A DNA stretch of 64,000 nucleotides, from assembly GCA_965178125.1 (NCBI GenBank), contig OZ237758.1, positions 496,001-560,000 of the forward strand, written 5' to 3'. This stretch comes from Bilabrum cf. latius. Lineage: Eukaryota. Positions 61,052 to 64,000 of this stretch are shown in pieces (position 1 is the first letter of the stretch; every line of letters begins with the position of its first letter). The notes below the pieces were generated by a model. That model made no database searches, had not been told where the DNA came from, and saw only the letters and a program-made list of their open reading frames with translations. The position numbers and the translations under genes were made by a program.

Positions 61052-64000
61052 ATGAGCAGCCCGCAATTCGGTGTGCCCGTATGCCTAGCAAACGACTTGC
61101 ATGCGCTAGCCCGAGCAGGCAATGTCAAGCAGTTTCAGGCAGCCCTGCAATCCACGGACCCTCTTCACTCAGATGAAAAGGGGAAAACACCACTGGATTA
61201 CGCGCGCCTGTACGGCCACCAGCCGATTGTTGAGATAATTCTTTAGCATTGTGATGCAGCTGAAAGTCTTGGAGGGTCCACAGGCGTGCCGGCTCCGCGC
61301 GGATGGCTGCAAAGCCAAGCCCCCGTTGCGATATCCAGGGCGAAGCCAAGTAGGCATCGAGCCCGCGACAGATCGAGCAGGGGCTCTAGTGTATATCGGA
61401 GCAGTATACGCGTATCGCATCGCAGCGGTCGGCCAGCAGCCCCGTCTGCGGCGCTCGACAGCACCACCAGTCGACTGGGCGCTTCATTGAAGGCACTCAG
61501 CTCCAAGTATGCAAAGCAGCAGCATCTGTAGCCAAAGAAAGTTGAAGGCATCGGGCACAGAAGCCCTACGCAGGAAACCACAGCCAGTCACCCGGCCGGT
61601 GTCCGCGGCATGCCGAGCGCGAGCCGATCCGCCTTGGACGCAGACATCATGAACAGCTAGACGCAGCGCATGCTCTCTGGTACTATTCCGGATCCTCATG
61701 GTGTTAAATTGGAGCAGCTCCGCCGAGCAGAGAGGCGAAAGGGCCGGCACATGCGGACGGACAACGCCGAAATCGCGCTGGAGTCTTTCCTCCGAAAGCA
61801 CAAATTGAAGGGGGGCAAGCGGTTCACGCGACAGGAAAAGCTAGCCCTTCGCTCCTTCTTTGATTTTCTTGACGACGACGGCTCTGGCGCCGTGGATGGG
61901 GAGGAGCTCGAGGACCCCTTGTTTTCCACGGGCGTGGTGAGGAACCACAGGGAGCTGCAGGACGTGCTGAATTCCGTGGATCTCGACGGCAACGGAGAGC
62001 TCGATTTCCAGGAGCTGCTCGAGGCGCTGCTCCCCGGAGCTGGTGGTTTCTCCTCGGAAATGTTTGCAGCACAGGTAGAGGGGACCGGGGTGGTGGAAGC
62101 GCAGGTGGCCGCGGCGGGCGGGATGGGAGACGGCCGCAAGCGGATCAAGAAAGGGACGATTCCGCACGACGAGGGCGCCATGAGTCGGGTGCGGCGACTA
62201 CGTTTGCTCGCGCGACAGCGGTCGATAGGGAACAACAAGGGCGCGAACGAGATCGGCAGCCGCCCGGGCACCAGCAGCACCGGCCACTTCGAAAGCGGTG
62301 CGGCTGCAGCGGACCATCATGCCGCGGTATTCAAGCAGCCGCTTCATGATGCCTCGCATGAGGACCAGGACCAGGACCAGGAGCTTGAGAGACCGAGGAG
62401 GGGATAGCTGAGGGCCCTCGCGCATCGGTCAAGGGAGAGAATCAGCCTTAGGCTAAAGGCAAGCAGCAGCTTGGCGAGTCGCGTGGGTGCTTCGAGCTAG
62501 AGGCACCTCGATAGGGTGCAGGAGGAGGCAGCGCAAGAAGCAGAGCGGATCCAGAGGGCAGGCAAGGCGCAGCTGTCGGAGCTTGGGGCACCCAGGGGCG
62601 ACAATGATGCCAGTGGGGCGGGCTTTACTAGCAATGGCCGCGTAAGAAGTCGCAGGACCATCCTGTCAGGGACAGTGGCTGGGCCCGCAGGCTCAGGCAC
62701 AGCTCAGTCGCCTCAGTCTGCGAAGTTTCGGTTCGAGGAGACGGTCCGCCGCGGGCGACTGCTGGACAAGCAGAGAAAGCTAGTGATGGAGAGGAGAACG
62801 CTCAGAAGGAAAGCACGCGCGAGGCTTCAGCTGGCCCAGTACCTCGCGGGTCGATCTGAGGCAGGGGCAAGCATGGAGCCGGGTGACATTCACGGGGCGT
62901 GCCTATCGTTCGGGAAGGGCTTGTTTGAGGTGCCAGTCCCCGGCATGCCCGCGCCTTGGCCAGGGTCGATCCGAGCAGGCACCGGCGCCTCTGGCTCAAG
63001 CACTGGCATGGGGCTTGAAGCGAGCACCCACAGCAACAGAGGCATGAGTCCTGCGGGGGTGGCCGATCAGGGGTGGGACGAGGGTGGTGCCACTGGCAGC
63101 GATGCGGGCTCCATGCACCCAACCGTGGCGCACTCGAAGGCAGAAACGATCGGGCTTGCGTCCAAGCTGGGGAGGGTTGGTGCTCGTGCTGGTGGGGGCA
63201 CTCCAATTGGCTGGGATCCCGAGAACGGTGGCGGCGAAGATGGGGGATCTGAGGATTCTGACGTGTTTGCGGCGAAATTGGGTGGGGGCGTGTCGCATCA
63301 TGCGGTGAGGGCTCGTCGAGCGTCAGTCGTGAGGTGGCAGAACATGCGAGGGGTCCAAGATGAGGGCAGGGAAGGTGGTGTCGATCGGGACCTGGGCCCC
63401 GCTTCAGATACCCCCGGTTTGGACTCTGCTTCGTCTTTGGCCAGGTTGCGGGAGTCAATCTACGGCAAGTACGAGACCCACATTGTTGAGGGAGCCGAGA
63501 CGGGGGCCACGCTATCAACGGAGCACAAGATGGAGCTGCTCCGCTCCATGCCGCGTCCCAAGGGTGCCGATATGCCTCACTACAGGATCGGCACGGTAGG
63601 TCAGCAAGTGCAGAGCTCATTGGCAGAGCTGGCTAGAGTCGGCGATGCGATGAAGGAGGCGAGGAGGGCGGCCATTGTGGGGCATAGGCATGGTGATGCG
63701 AGCAAGCAGGAGCCGTCGGGCGACTTGGACAAGCAACAATCGATGCGTCAATCTGGCAGCAACAGCAGCATTCTAGAAAGGTAGAGCGGGCGTGGCATGG
63801 CTTCAACAGCAGCTCCTTCAGCAGCAGCTCCTTCAGCCAGCTCTGGGCGCACCCAGACGCCCATCCTCGACAGGTGGAACGCAGCAAAAATTGCCAAGAG
63901 CAAGGGCCGGGGAGATAACAAGGCGCGCAAGGGAAGCAAAAAGGATATCAATCGCGCGCATGAGAGGCCAATTGGGCGTGCCACCGGAGATGACATGACG
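61052..64000 (+). CDS. Ankyrin-repeat plus EF-hand pair protein with a long low-complexity tail (3' end beyond the window); 6 in-frame TAG
   Basis: LHALARAGN..GKTPLDYARLYGHQPIVEIILxH (ankyrin); FDFLDDDGSGAVDGEEL and VDLDGNGELDFQEL (EF-hands). The frame stays open to base 64000 except for TAG. Confidence 0.8.

Noticed and set aside
29255-63620. Long antisense or alternate-frame ORFs (e.g. 31269..32432, 39363..40247, 49263..50144, 62802..63620)
   Set aside because: They are shadows of GC-rich coding sequence on the opposite strand, with no recognisable motifs.
1-64000. TAGs removed as 3' splice sites (YAG) of tiny introns
   Set aside because: Domain motifs align across the TAGs with exactly one residue and no paired GT donors; the four real introns are 94-283 nt and end in GCAG.
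1-64000. Ciliate-type code (TAA and TAG both Gln), pyrrolysine, or a recoded phage/prokaryote
   Set aside because: TAA never occurs internally and ends two genes; TAG is in nearly all genes at Gln-like positions; spliceosomal introns and eukaryote-specific genes (ATG16-like, UBX, PIG-X-like, villin headpiece) show a nuclear genome.

Overview
Compact, intron-poor, GC-rich eukaryotic (protist-like) nuclear DNA that does not use the standard genetic code. TAG occurs in frame throughout conserved protein domains and behaves as a sense codon, most likely Gln, while all 11 complete genes end in TGA (9) or TAA (2). Read this way, the fragmented ORF track collapses into 13 genes. The left 28 kb is a single intronless minus-strand frame of at least 9,371 codons, with about 79 in-frame TAG and no TAA/TGA by manual read-through, and it runs off the window. 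It encodes a giant secreted or surface protein with FG-GAP-like, C-type lectin-like, PAN-like, Cys-rich and mucin-like modules. The right 36 kb holds a GH29 fucosidase, an ATG16-like WD40 protein, a UBX-family adaptor, a frameshifted clan GH-A hydrolase, a ricin-B/GH59 hydrolase, a PX-PH phospholipase D, a GH20-EEP fusion, a PIG-X-like protein, a GH31 glycosidase, a SANT protein, a TPR/villin-headpiece protein and an ankyrin/EF-hand protein. Four GT-AG introns are visible. All domain calls come from motif recognition by eye; no database searches were run.
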